From IMG/VR virus record IMGVR_UViG_3300017744_005100, positions 1-58,206 of that record: a stretch of DNA of 58,206 nt. One strand, written 5' to 3'. Source of the stretch: a virus. Lineage: Duplodnaviria > Caudoviricetes. The position numbers and the translations under genes are program-made. The notes under the pieces are model-generated. The model made no database searches. It had not been told where the DNA came from and saw only the letters and a list, made by a program, of their open reading frames with translations. Within the stretch, counting starts at the first letter, position 1; the number at the start of each line of letters is the position of its first letter. Positions 31,001 to 39,736 of the stretch are shown here, in pieces.

Positions 31001-32366
31001 TGTCTTCAGTTATCGCTGTTTTATCATAATCTACAAAAAGTGGATTTATATTTCTAACATTTCTATATTCTGTAAGTAAGTATCTGTATTCGTTTGCTAG
31101 AGATTGTGCTGTTGTTATCGCATCAAAATTATATCTTTTTGATAAAATAGAAGCTGCTGCATCAGCATCCAAACCTTCGTTTAAGAAATATTGTTTTGTT
31201 GCACTTAAAGAGTTATTATCTTGATCTAAAAATAAAGGAGGGGCTAAATCTACTTCTTCTTGCTTAGAAAATAAAACTGATGATATTTTTCCTATTTGCT
31301 CTTGTATAACAACATCTGTTGACTTTGCCGCCACTGGATTAAACTTTAAATTAAGGGCATTCATGCCTGTTAAAGTTAATTTAACATTTCCAATTTCATC
31401 TAAATTAATTGGTTTGTTCTTTGGCAGTAAAACAAGAAATGAATAATCAAATGCTAGACAAAAACGAACTATTGACTTTCCACCCTTTGAAATTTTAACA
31501 TCTTCTACCAAGTCAATTGGTGTGTTTGTTATGTGTGTATATTTTTTTATGTTAGCATTACCTGCATTCTGTCGGTTAAAAAGAGTTCCAACTTTATTGA
31601 ATATGTCATTTTTTATCTGCTGCATTCTTTGAGAGGCAACAAATTCTGATAGATTTTTTATACCGCCAACTTCAAAAACAGAGCAAAGAACTGGAAAGCC
31701 AGTATTAAATGGTGAGCCATTCGTAGAAATAAAGAAATTACAATTTACTGGCGAGTCCATGTCTTTTGATGTAAGATCATTAAGTACTAATTTATTCCAG
31801 CCAGATGCTGAAAGGTCTAGTGGGTTCTCGCTTCTTATTCTATCTTCTAAAAAGGTTCCCTCAATATAAGTTGAGTAATGCCATTTATAGAATGCTTGCT
31901 TTGTTATGCACTCAAAAGTGTTTGGATCATCTAAAATATTTGATTGTAGAAATTGAGATTCAAATGCAGGATCTTCAAAAGCTTTATTTATAACCGACAA
32001 TTTAGCTTTTAATTTAGTTGGATCTTGACCAGATTGAGCTAAGTACTCAACAGCAAGCTTGTATAAAAGGTTGTTTGAACTACCTATACCAACCCCAACA
32101 TCTATTTGTTTATTTGAAGATTTAAAATCATTTAGTCTTAAAAATTGAGCAAATTTTTGAAAGTCCTCTTTTTGATCAATTGGATCAGTGTATGCTGTCT
32201 TATCGTTAGTAAGATATCTTGCACAAGCTATCGCAAATAAATTTTCATCTGTGTTGACATCAGAGCTTTTACCAGCACTTAAAAAAACAGAATCGCCTAA
32301 ATTTGCAGTTGCAAACTTCTCAAAATATGCTTTTGCTCTAGTGTATATTTCTTTTGTTAGTGCCAT
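28032..32366 (-). CDS. Large hypothetical protein (1444 aa), probably virion-associated, with helical central region
   Basis: Long ORF between the spike and gp25; amphipathic helical middle section. Confidence 0.5.
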   Translation of the reverse strand: MALTKEIYTRAKAYFEKFATANLGDSVFLSAGKSSDVNTDENLFAIACARYLTNDKTAYTDPIDQKEDFQKFAQFLRLNDFKSSNKQIDVGVGIGSSNNLLYKLAVEYLAQSGQDPTKLKAKLSVINKAFEDPAFESQFLQSNILDDPNTFECITKQAFYKWHYSTYIEGTFLEDRIRSENPLDLSASGWNKLVLNDLTSKDMDSPVNCNFFISTNGSPFNTGFPVLCSVFEVGGIKNLSEFVASQRMQQIKNDIFNKVGTLFNRQNAGNANIKKYTHITNTPIDLVEDVKISKGGKSIVRFCLAFDYSFLVLLPKNKPINLDEIGNVKLTLTGMNALNLKFNPVAAKSTDVVIQEQIGKISSVLFSKQEEVDLAPPLFLDQDNNSLSATKQYFLNEGLDADAAASILSKRYNFDAITTAQSLANEYRYLLTEYRNVRNINPLFVDYDKTAITEDISFYYDDSYQLLAVFSNKKENYYNNTIVEEPQKQRNNIPFEYQLNEPLSNLDFIYQLLSDVDRTKEDTKSNESGIDGELAFISEYFKKVLVKKGVYNKNLDPYVISDQHYQNTIIKSSEYPIIMVNSTINGFFYNSNEILLLESSGDNPSFDFLNLQKGGSDIDFLLGNETYDDVNAISKSIDEFLLRYHYPRIQIKPSFLDLADDTLQNINQKLETAKQITREISNIGKSIASLSGVEVKEQVGQPIEEYFYNTKEKLLFEAQKQISVVAAATTNDPFLKDLSSIIDSGDLDQIYDKILTKFDWSELAAKGLKDDLSNLSNTLSNIEDLSEDVAKDVTNVVDSCLKDLGEDVLDTIETIKDYKEAFENIQKFVQKDLKDLIGLADNIDYLFVLDFQAAIRDKIEAEVQKVAVAALANILSTVISNLQDLAQRSFSEATEFLGDSINSQLENALDLLGGPEQSLDSIGSSKNISKLAENIIKIDIVAMLTKSGIEPLSNILNGAIEIYPILSKQEGVVNKERLILSYLKNLSDNLTVPEFKNLLQGFVTDDVKKLNQVVVDDLNVLNLIKVELKNEVNLSTLFIYLNQFINNNIVDELSLKTVTRRTSPCFVNLTSKDTEGRDLFEDFVITAADKEQTVLDKLNSIIDSINKACDTINSAYGQAKNSTSDLINQQDKKELLKSAESLIEGTNVLSGQIVEDTQAPLFVQFDRLKFGFALFTNPLVNNSLFVYKTEKLPATLEKALEAPVKEILGVGTKLDKNRFLNKKVFLVRADSTPSKYVVAKPNNFSQEISIGSEITGLDSLSEKNYQQILSFINLQDNKYGYLAYGYPSPGPLDPDGVVVQNIRKNLYSFAPVITDNNINGLRIDRDDSINLVYSYTPSDSKEGQVILKTPINLVTPLGPLDKAAAAEKQNLAIVNYLKIKEGLKVDELTGLDGLRQEGQKIQVLASEVKKKLDGLLDESTEAVDYYMNNMFKMSGLIKKLKDEQ

Positions 32367-33304
32367 TAGTTTACCTTGTTAAAAGAGCTTCTAATCTTGG
32401 TTGGAGAGTTACTATTTAAATAGTTTTTCATCAGCACGGAATAGTTCTTTTCTAGTGAAGACAAGCTTGTGCTTATTTTTGTGGTCTTTGGCATTGATCT
32501 GCCAATAGCACTTGCTAGTTTTACAGACTTAACAGTTGCCCCTTTTGCTGTTCCAGTGACTGGTCCACTTGGGGATGTTCCAGTGACGATACCTTTAAAT
32601 TTATGAGTATGACCTGCAAGTTCTTTTTTTAAGCTTTCTACATCCTTGTTTAACTCACGAATTTGAGAATTTGTTTGTCTAAGCTGTTTAATAAAATCTT
32701 TTAAAAATTTAACCAAATTTTCACCCTTGACCATTGATTGTAAATCAAAGTCTTTGCCCTCTGTCTTATCGCCTGATATTAAATGAATCCCACCATATAC
32801 ATTTGGGTTTTTTGCACCATTTGCTAGAAGGTATGGGACACCGCCAGATCTAATTTCAACTAGTTCGCTAGCTTTTATAGCTACAACATCTGCCTTGTTA
32901 TAAACCAACGATCTGGCATTATAGTTTTTATAATCTGTCATAGAGGAGGCTATCACTGAAGCAGCATCTGTTGGGGTTGGATATGCAACTCTGATTGGAG
33001 TTCCATCTTGGGGTGCTTCTGGGTCGTTATCGCTTACCAGGTGCCCTAAAACACCCGCAATCAAGCTTACCTGTGGTTTAGTCTGATATATCTTATTATG
33101 CCCCATGAGCAAGACTGCGGGCTTATTTTCATGAACTATTGGCTTAATGTTGTAGTTTGTTTCAAAAATGGGCATTGAGTGCCTATCTGCTTCTTGTACA
33201 AACTCATCACTTGATGCAGCATTTAATGCATCATTTATAATTTTTCTGTTATAATATGACAGCCTATCGCTATTAAATGATGGTAGCTGTTTAATCTTTA
33301 TCAT
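32366..33304 (-). CDS. Baseplate central spike / puncturing protein (gp5/gpV-like C-terminus)
   Basis: VKGENLVKFL coiled coil followed by LAGHTHKF...TSPSGPVTG, the HxH metal-binding spike-tip motif. Confidence 0.6.
   Translation of the reverse strand: MIKIKQLPSFNSDRLSYYNRKIINDALNAASSDEFVQEADRHSMPIFETNYNIKPIVHENKPAVLLMGHNKIYQTKPQVSLIAGVLGHLVSDNDPEAPQDGTPIRVAYPTPTDAASVIASSMTDYKNYNARSLVYNKADVVAIKASELVEIRSGGVPYLLANGAKNPNVYGGIHLISGDKTEGKDFDLQSMVKGENLVKFLKDFIKQLRQTNSQIRELNKDVESLKKELAGHTHKFKGIVTGTSPSGPVTGTAKGATVKSVKLASAIGRSMPKTTKISTSLSSLEKNYSVLMKNYLNSNSPTKIRSSFNKVN
32417..32423 (-). promoter_or_regulatory. Candidate late promoter CTATTTA (inside a 14-bp palindrome)
   Basis: ACTATTTAAATAGT (32411-32424) about 50 nt upstream of the ATG at 32366. 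Confidence 0.45.
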
Positions 33305-35709
33305 GAAAGTAGCCTCTTAATTTTATCTGGTACCTGTCTAAAAGCTTTTGCCATTTCCTTTTGCATAAATTCAAGTATAATATCATCCTTATTTTCTTTA
33401 TCAAAAGCAGCTTTGTATACAGAACTGTTATCATTATTTTTTGGCTGCGAAACCCACCTTCTAGTCTTTTTAGTTTTTGGCTTTTTGTAGCCTAAAAGTT
33501 TCTTAGGTTCTTTATAGTCAATCATATACTCATAATGAATATAAGAAGTTTTTCTATTTCTTGATTGTCTAAGAAGACCAACTCCTGATTTTCCAAATGG
33601 GTTTTCATTTTGTTTTATAAATTTTATTAAGTATAAATAAATTATCTCTGCTGGTAATTTATAGCTTGATACATTGTTTGTTTCAAATTCTTCACGAGAA
33701 CCTAATAAAAGACCGTCTGTTTTTTGATAACCAGGATAATTTAAATCTGTATTTGCATATACAACAAAGTCCATAGCCCTGTTGTAAAAGTGCCTACTGT
33801 TAACATCTACACCTCTTCCTGGTTGTATATTTTCATATCTTCTGAACACACTTATAGGCAACAACAGAATGTTTTTTTCAGGCAAACCTTCATTATCTGC
33901 AATAAACTTTCTAAATGCTATGGCAAATTTTAATAAGTTTTCACCATTCTTTTTCATTATTTCTAAATTGGTGCCCCTTGTTTCTGTTGTTGGCAATGCA
34001 GTAGTGGTGCCTTGCACACCCTTGTTATTGTTTTTTTCATTAGATGACTCTTCAGTTACTGCAATAATTTCATTTTGCAAATTATAACTAAAATTACCAG
34101 TTTGTGACGGCAATTGAGAGTTTGATTTTGGCAAATCTTTAAAAATCACTCTCCTTAAAAATTCTTTTCCAGAGGTATCATCTATGTTTTGTAAATCTTC
34201 AAGAATTTCTTGTATTAAAATTTGGTCTGCTGTAAAATCCTCTAATTGTTCTGGTTGTATACCATCCTGGGCTAATGGAATGTATAATTGTGAGTTTACG
34301 ACTCTCTGCAACCTTGTACAAGAATCTAGCTGCTGTTGTGCTTGAGCGATTATAGCAGGATCTGTAGGTTGTCCAATCAATGCTGCTGTTTGACTAACAT
34401 ATGTTGCATTTTGTAAAACATCAAAAGCCCCAGGTCTGTTTCTAGCTTTCTTTTGTAAAGAGTATTCAATGGCTGCATCAACATTTTTGTCTGCTAAGTC
34501 TTCAGACTTGCCAAAAATATCCACTTGAACCAAACTAAGATTTGTACTCTCTACAAAGCCATATTTGTATGTGTTTTGTACTACACCTTTTATATAATCT
34601 TTTAATGTTGTGTTTATCAATGTTTTAAATTGTTCACTATTTTTAAAGTTTGATCCAGGTTGCTGATTTGCAGAGCTTACAAATTCAAATGTAAAGTAAA
34701 GTGATCTATTATCCTTTATATCATCCGTTGTTAAACTAGCTTTTGTTTCTTGAGTTGCCAGTGTCACAGGAAACTCAGAGTAGTTTGTATTATTCTGCAC
34801 TGGTGTTAATGCTTTAATATAGTTTAAAACCTTATCACTGCCAGCTTCAATCTTAACCTTGAAAGGAATGTAAACAGACTCATTTAAAAATAGTGTTTCT
34901 AATTGATTAGAGCTTACTTCTCCAGATGCTGGTTGCGGTAAATTTGTTAATTGTTGTCTTGTTTTTGTAGAGCCTAGGCTGGCTATGAGTCTTTTTCTTA
35001 ACTTATCTGGTGACAAAACATTTGATATCATATCAGAATAGAACTGACCGTAGCCTACAGTTGGATTGCTTGGATTCGCCAGTGATCTAGCACTAATAGA
35101 TGAGCCAGATGCTGGTGTTATCTGAAGGTTTCTACATGTCTGTGCTTCCTGAGAGTATGTCTCTGCTAAAGAAACATTTCCACCCTGCACACCTTTAATA
35201 ATCGGAGCAGTCTTCCCTGTTTGTACAAGAGTAATGTCAGAAAAGTTTTCTATATCTCCAAAATTTACCTTTACAATATCACCTCTTTTAATGGACAAGC
35301 CAGTTTTAACCGGTATTAAAAATGAATCGGAAGTTAAAATCTGTGATGTGAATTTTGATTCAGCTATATTGTGTGTTGTAAAATATGAATATAAAGATGG
35401 GATATGTAGCAATGCTATCTTAAATTTAGAATTTTCAGAATTACTCGTATTATCTTCTCTGTCTATATTATATTCTTCATTTAAAAAAAGGTCACTTAAA
35501 ACTCTACGATCTTTGACATACGAATCGCTAGCTATTTTGACTACAAGACCATAAAAACTAGTTTTATTTTTATTTTGTTCTTTTTCTAGGCTTTTTCGAG
35601 CAAGTTCGTCTAAGATAACATCATAGGGAGTGTCTCTTATTATAGCATCAGCAGGACCAGATTTAATTGGCTTTGGTCTTGCTACTTTATTTAATGTAGA
35701 AGCAACCAT
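33301..35709 (-). CDS. Baseplate hub-like protein with C-terminal M15-type Zn peptidase (peptidoglycan hydrolase)
   Basis: N-terminal OB-like IKRGDIVKVNF. The C-terminal ISVFR...NSRHFYNRAMDF...GVGLL...YIHYE matches the M15 pattern SxHxxxxAxD / HxD-E. Confidence 0.6.
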   Translation of the reverse strand: MVASTLNKVARPKPIKSGPADAIIRDTPYDVILDELARKSLEKEQNKNKTSFYGLVVKIASDSYVKDRRVLSDLFLNEEYNIDREDNTSNSENSKFKIALLHIPSLYSYFTTHNIAESKFTSQILTSDSFLIPVKTGLSIKRGDIVKVNFGDIENFSDITLVQTGKTAPIIKGVQGGNVSLAETYSQEAQTCRNLQITPASGSSISARSLANPSNPTVGYGQFYSDMISNVLSPDKLRKRLIASLGSTKTRQQLTNLPQPASGEVSSNQLETLFLNESVYIPFKVKIEAGSDKVLNYIKALTPVQNNTNYSEFPVTLATQETKASLTTDDIKDNRSLYFTFEFVSSANQQPGSNFKNSEQFKTLINTTLKDYIKGVVQNTYKYGFVESTNLSLVQVDIFGKSEDLADKNVDAAIEYSLQKKARNRPGAFDVLQNATYVSQTAALIGQPTDPAIIAQAQQQLDSCTRLQRVVNSQLYIPLAQDGIQPEQLEDFTADQILIQEILEDLQNIDDTSGKEFLRRVIFKDLPKSNSQLPSQTGNFSYNLQNEIIAVTEESSNEKNNNKGVQGTTTALPTTETRGTNLEIMKKNGENLLKFAIAFRKFIADNEGLPEKNILLLPISVFRRYENIQPGRGVDVNSRHFYNRAMDFVVYANTDLNYPGYQKTDGLLLGSREEFETNNVSSYKLPAEIIYLYLIKFIKQNENPFGKSGVGLLRQSRNRKTSYIHYEYMIDYKEPKKLLGYKKPKTKKTRRWVSQPKNNDNSSVYKAAFDKENKDDIILEFMQKEMAKAFRQVPDKIKRLLS

Positions 35710-36014
35710 TACTCACTAGTGTCCTCTTCTTCTTTTTTGTTGATTTCTTCAAACAACTTATCTCTTTCAGAATCGGAGAACCCAGTAAAGTGGTTGGTCT
35801 CTGTTTTCTTAAACAAAGCAGTAAGTTTAACTAACTGTTCGTTAGCTCGCTGCATTGTCTCTAGGTGTTTAGACAAAACCATACCTGCCGATTGATGGTT
35901 TGTCTTGCCTGCTTGAATATCAGACAAGATTTGTGTTACAAGGTAGTCTGCCTTGTTTCTATCTTCTACAATGTTTTGAATTGCTTTTTCTGCTAATTCA
36001 TCTGGATCTATCAT
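35709..36014 (-). CDS. Hypothetical helical protein (101 aa)
   Basis: Coupled ORF between the sigma factor and the hub gene. Confidence 0.55.
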   Translation of the reverse strand: MIDPDELAEKAIQNIVEDRNKADYLVTQILSDIQAGKTNHQSAGMVLSKHLETMQRANEQLVKLTALFKKTETNHFTGFSDSERDKLFEEINKKEEEDTSE

Positions 36015-36718
36015 CTAGGATCACCATTTACCCAATCATGTTTAAATTCTCTGTAACGCTTTTTAATGTTACTCAAACTTGCTACAAGTTGTTTAGTATT
36101 TAAACCACTAATCTCTCGTAGGTATAGATAAATAGCTTTTTTGTTAAAAATTTCAATACTTTCAATACTGTTCATCAGATCTTCGATGGCTAAAATAGTT
36201 TTTTGCTCGTTTTCCTTTAGAGGCATTTGTTTCCAGCCTTCAATTTCACTTGTTAAAGCAGACCAAAATTCTTTTTTGGCGCGATCGTCATCGTAATGGT
36301 TCTTTGTGACAAATTGCTCATTGTTCATTTGATGATAAACATCATCACAGTTGACTTCTCTTTGAAGCCGCTTTGTATTCTTCTTCACCTTCTGAATGAA
36401 CCAATTTTTTGTGATTACACTAAAATATGAAAATGCTTTATGTCCCTTATCAGGGTCAAATTTAGCTAAAATTGTAGTAAGCCAAATCTTACACTCATCT
36501 GCCAACACTTCAATGTTTGGAAGGTTGTTAAATTTATATGTATAGATAATCTTATCGACCATCTCACTAAAAGCGGGTTGGATCAAAGAGCCATATAATT
36601 TATCTCTTTGATACCTATCACTTGTAAGGCAATATTGAATTATTGCTTCCTCGTGGACTTTTGTAAAATAAAGTCGTTTAGTTCTCTTCCGTCTCTTTCT
36701 CTTCATTGGTTTTGTCAT
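36011..36718 (-). CDS. Phage late-transcription sigma factor (T4 gp55-like)
   Basis: Region-2-like KFDPDKGHKAFSYFSVITKNWFIQKVKK; sits at the head of the structural module. Confidence 0.72.
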   Translation of the reverse strand: MTKPMKRKRRKRTKRLYFTKVHEEAIIQYCLTSDRYQRDKLYGSLIQPAFSEMVDKIIYTYKFNNLPNIEVLADECKIWLTTILAKFDPDKGHKAFSYFSVITKNWFIQKVKKNTKRLQREVNCDDVYHQMNNEQFVTKNHYDDDRAKKEFWSALTSEIEGWKQMPLKENEQKTILAIEDLMNSIESIEIFNKKAIYLYLREISGLNTKQLVASLSNIKKRYREFKHDWVNGDPR

Positions 36719-36989
36719 TTTCTATCTCAAATATGTTTCTGAACATGTTAATACTGTTGATGACTTCTTTAGAATGACGGATAAGTTGTCCAAGGGTTTC
36801 ATCCCCATAAAACATCTCCATCTCATAAACATTGTCCAAATGCTTTGAGAACTCAACCATCTTATCTTCCATCTGTTGGACATCTACGGTCATTTGATAC
36901 ATTACCCTAAGTAATCCTCTAACATACCACACAGCCAATCCTAGAGCGATTGAGAGGGTGATTGTAGCTATTGTCAGTGTAACGATCAT
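36678..36989 (-). CDS. Small membrane-anchored protein
   Basis: N-terminal TM helix followed by a coiled coil; GAGG RBS. Confidence 0.55.
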   Translation of the reverse strand: MIVTLTIATITLSIALGLAVWYVRGLLRVMYQMTVDVQQMEDKMVEFSKHLDNVYEMEMFYGDETLGQLIRHSKEVINSINMFRNIFEIENDKTNEEKETEEN

Positions 36990-37228
36990 TTGATTGCCTC
37001 GGTTTTCATCTGCTTTAATATTTTTCTGTTCTCTTCAATGTGATCAATCACATTTTCTTTAGCAGATTTTTTTTCTTCTTTCTTGTTTATTGTAACAAAC
37101 TTAGTAGGAACTTTGTAGGGCTTTCCCTGTTCGCAATGAGGGCATTCTACTGGAAGCGGATCTTTTATCCCCAGCCATTCCGACCACTGCTCATTACAAA
37201 ACTCGCAAGCAAAATTATATTTAGGCAT
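36986..37228 (-). CDS. FmdB-like zinc-ribbon protein
   Basis: Probable start MPKYNFACEFC...VECPHC (ATG 37228, GAGG RBS). Confidence 0.7.
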   Translation of the reverse strand: MPKYNFACEFCNEQWSEWLGIKDPLPVECPHCEQGKPYKVPTKFVTINKKEEKKSAKENVIDHIEENRKILKQMKTEAIK

Positions 37229-37424
37229 TGTTATAAGCCTCTTGAAGTTTTTCAAAAAGATTTTCCATTTCAGAAACACAGAAAAATCTATTCCAAAATT
37301 GTTGTTCTTCTTCTCTTAGGCATTCTTTTAATATATTGTTTTTGTCTTTTATGTATTTTTCAAGGTGTTGTAACAAAAACTTAGCTTCTTCTTTTTTTAA
37401 AGTAATGCTATCTCCCATAGTCAT
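37221..37424 (-). CDS. Hypothetical protein
   Basis: Short coupled helical ORF; start at 37424 or 37418. Confidence 0.45.
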   Translation of the reverse strand: MTMGDSITLKKEEAKFLLQHLEKYIKDKNNILKECLREEEQQFWNRFFCVSEMENLFEKLQEAYNNA

Positions 37425-37755
37425 CCTGTAGCCTGACAAGATCGTCAAGTTCTGGAGTGGAGACTTCAAAAAGCTCTACTGGGGCATTATGAGGTGCTGT
37501 GAATCTATGAATAGTTTTTGGAATAATCCTCCACGATTGTCCCTCTTCAAGCTTCACAACATTACTTTCAAGATCGTTTGTTGATAAATCTAAAAGCAGT
37601 GTTCCCTTGAGAACAAACACTGTTTCATCTTTTTTTACATGAAACTGTCTTGAAAGACGTTGACCTTTATTAATATAAAGTTTTTTCATGACATACTTGT
37701 CAGTATGAATGATAATTTCTTCATGTCCCCATGGTTTATCAACAATTTTATTCAT
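37408..37755 (-). CDS. Cupin, mannose-6-phosphate isomerase (type II C-terminal)-like
   Basis: VDKPWGHE, LSRQFHVKKDET, HRF, EVSTPELDDLVRLQDDYGR; probable ATG at 37755. Confidence 0.8.
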   Translation of the reverse strand: MNKIVDKPWGHEEIIIHTDKYVMKKLYINKGQRLSRQFHVKKDETVFVLKGTLLLDLSTNDLESNVVKLEEGQSWRIIPKTIHRFTAPHNAPVELFEVSTPELDDLVRLQDDYGR

Positions 37756-37942
37756 GAACAAACTCTGATTGTTGCTCTCCAACCTTAAAAGTTGGTGGGT
37801 TTGTAACGACTAATTCATCTTGGGAGTCACCCTGAATTGTAAAATTAAATTCTTTTAAAACTGGTACAATGTCTGATTGTTCCAATAGTGATTTTTGAAG
37901 AGCCATCATTACGGCTCCTAGTGCTTGATCTGATAGTTTCAT
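37748..37942 (-). CDS. Hypothetical protein (64 aa)
   Basis: Coupled ORF with GGGGA RBS. Confidence 0.55.
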   Translation of the reverse strand: MKLSDQALGAVMMALQKSLLEQSDIVPVLKEFNFTIQGDSQDELVVTNPPTFKVGEQQSEFVHE

Positions 37943-37943
37943 T

Positions 37944-38945
37944 TTATCCCCTTATCTGTTCTTCTATCCAATTAAAGGTTTTTTTCATCCCTTCTAAAAG
38001 TGATTGTTTGTAATCCCAATTTAAATTTTCTCGTATTAGTTGGTTGTCACTGTTTCTACCCCTAACCCCGATTGGGCATGGGAAACCATATTTATCAAGA
38101 AATTCTTGTCCCTTTATATTATGTATTGTAACATTTTTATCAGAAATATTAATAGCCATTTGTGCAAAATCATTAATTGCTATCATCTCTTCTGAACCTA
38201 TGTTGACCGGTCCATTAAAATTTGGACTGTCCATTAATCTACGAGTTGCTTCAATACACTCATCAATGTATAGAAAGGAGCGAGTTTGTTTGCCATCCCC
38301 CCAAACTTCTATTGTTTCTCCATTTTTTGCCAGAGCGGCTTTTCGACAAAAAGCAGCAGGAGCTTTTTCGCGACCATTATTCCATGCCCCTTCTGGTCCA
38401 AATATATTGTGATATCTTGCAATTTTTACATTTAGCCCATAATTTCTTGAAAATGCAAGCCACAATCTTTCTGAAAATAGCTTTTCCCAACCATATTCAG
38501 AGTCTGGATTTGCTGGATATGCAGAATCTTCTTTACAATTTGGATTGTTTGGATCTAACTGGTTGTGCTCTGGGTACATACATGCAGAAGATGAGTAGAA
38601 AATTTTCTTTATTCCCTTCCTTACACACTGTTCTGCTACATTTAGATTAATCATGGCAGAATTGTGCATAATATCTGCATCGTTCTCTCCGGTAAAAACA
38701 AAACCAGCACCGCCCATATCAGCAGCAAATTGATAAATTTCATCTAAGTCTTCTGTTATTACTTCACCACAAATTTTTGGATCACGAAGGTCACCAAGAA
38801 TAAATTCATCTGCGGTGGCTTTGATATCAAAGAACTCATGTTCACTTATATCAACACCTCGGACCCAATGCCCTTCGCTTTTTAATCTTTTTACCATGGC
38901 GCCGCCAATAAATCCACCGGCTCCACATACTAATATTTTTTTCAT
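37944..38945 (-). CDS. GDP-mannose 3,5-epimerase-like NAD-dependent epimerase
   Basis: GAGGFIG, FAADMGGAGF, YSSSACMYP, AYPANPDSEYGWEK, GREKAPAAFCRK and GVRGRNSDN are characteristic GME motifs. Confidence 0.85.
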   Translation of the reverse strand: MKKILVCGAGGFIGGAMVKRLKSEGHWVRGVDISEHEFFDIKATADEFILGDLRDPKICGEVITEDLDEIYQFAADMGGAGFVFTGENDADIMHNSAMINLNVAEQCVRKGIKKIFYSSSACMYPEHNQLDPNNPNCKEDSAYPANPDSEYGWEKLFSERLWLAFSRNYGLNVKIARYHNIFGPEGAWNNGREKAPAAFCRKAALAKNGETIEVWGDGKQTRSFLYIDECIEATRRLMDSPNFNGPVNIGSEEMIAINDFAQMAINISDKNVTIHNIKGQEFLDKYGFPCPIGVRGRNSDNQLIRENLNWDYKQSLLEGMKKTFNWIEEQIRG

Positions 38946-38959
38946 TTTTTTTCCCCGTT

Positions 38960-39736
38960 TCAAAGAAGCAACCAGTTATCAGGAATCAAGTCTTGAGTGT
39001 TGTACAACTCTTCTTTACTACTATGAAACCAGTTTTTTGGAGCAGCGATCTTTTTGTGCTCATTGCTGTTTAGCCATGCACCCCACCAACTAAAACTACT
39101 GTTTGCTATAATATTGTTTTTGCACATTGACATTATATAAAGGTCTATATAATCTTCTTCTTCAATAATTTTAAAATTTCCTTTTTTAAATATGTTTTTA
39201 CACCACTCTTTGTCATCACTAAATACCATATAAATGTCAGTTTTAGGCAGTTTTTTAATTGCCTCTGCATAATATTTTGGAGTACAAAGAGGATTAAAGT
39301 CAGGTATGGTTATGTAATCACCTCTTCTTATATGTATTGATGTGGCTTTTTTATTCAAATCTTTACCGTATTTTTCTTCTATGTATTGTTTAGTTTGCAA
39401 TGACGGCTTAAACATTTTTTTTATTTCTTTTTCACAATCTTTGAAATATTTTTCTGATTGAAAATATCCTTTCAAGCACATGTTTTTTGTATAAGCTATT
39501 TCTTTATAAGAAAAATGAGGCTCGTTATAAGTTTCTGAATAGCTTGTGTTCTCCTTAAATGTGACATTTCTAAAAATATTGTCTAAATAATTTATTGCTT
39601 TTCTTCCCTGTTGTGGGAGATCGTGGCGTTCTAAATCAAAAATTGGTTCATCTTCGTTTCTCCAAGCTAATGCTGAAGCGGCGGCGATTTGAAACATTTG
39701 ATTTCCTAATCCACCTTGTAGATTACAAGTTATCAT
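38960..39736 (-). CDS. GT11 glycosyltransferase (alpha-1,2-fucosyltransferase family)
   Basis: GGLGNQMFQ, GYFQSEKYF, SIHIRRGDY, FSDD, IIANSSFSWWGAWL. Confidence 0.9.
   Translation of the reverse strand: MITCNLQGGLGNQMFQIAAASALAWRNEDEPIFDLERHDLPQQGRKAINYLDNIFRNVTFKENTSYSETYNEPHFSYKEIAYTKNMCLKGYFQSEKYFKDCEKEIKKMFKPSLQTKQYIEEKYGKDLNKKATSIHIRRGDYITIPDFNPLCTPKYYAEAIKKLPKTDIYMVFSDDKEWCKNIFKKGNFKIIEEEDYIDLYIMSMCKNNIIANSSFSWWGAWLNSNEHKKIAAPKNWFHSSKEELYNTQDLIPDNWLLL

Noticed and set aside
32411-32424. 14-bp palindrome ACTATTTAAATAGT as a terminator
   Set aside because: AT-rich, loopless and inside a coding region; better explained as a candidate late-promoter motif or chance.
25296-35709. Bacterial contractile injection system, T6SS or tailocin
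   Set aside because: The baseplate genes are accompanied by phage primase, gp46/47, resolvase and late sigma; no T6SS membrane complex or eCIS ATPase is seen.
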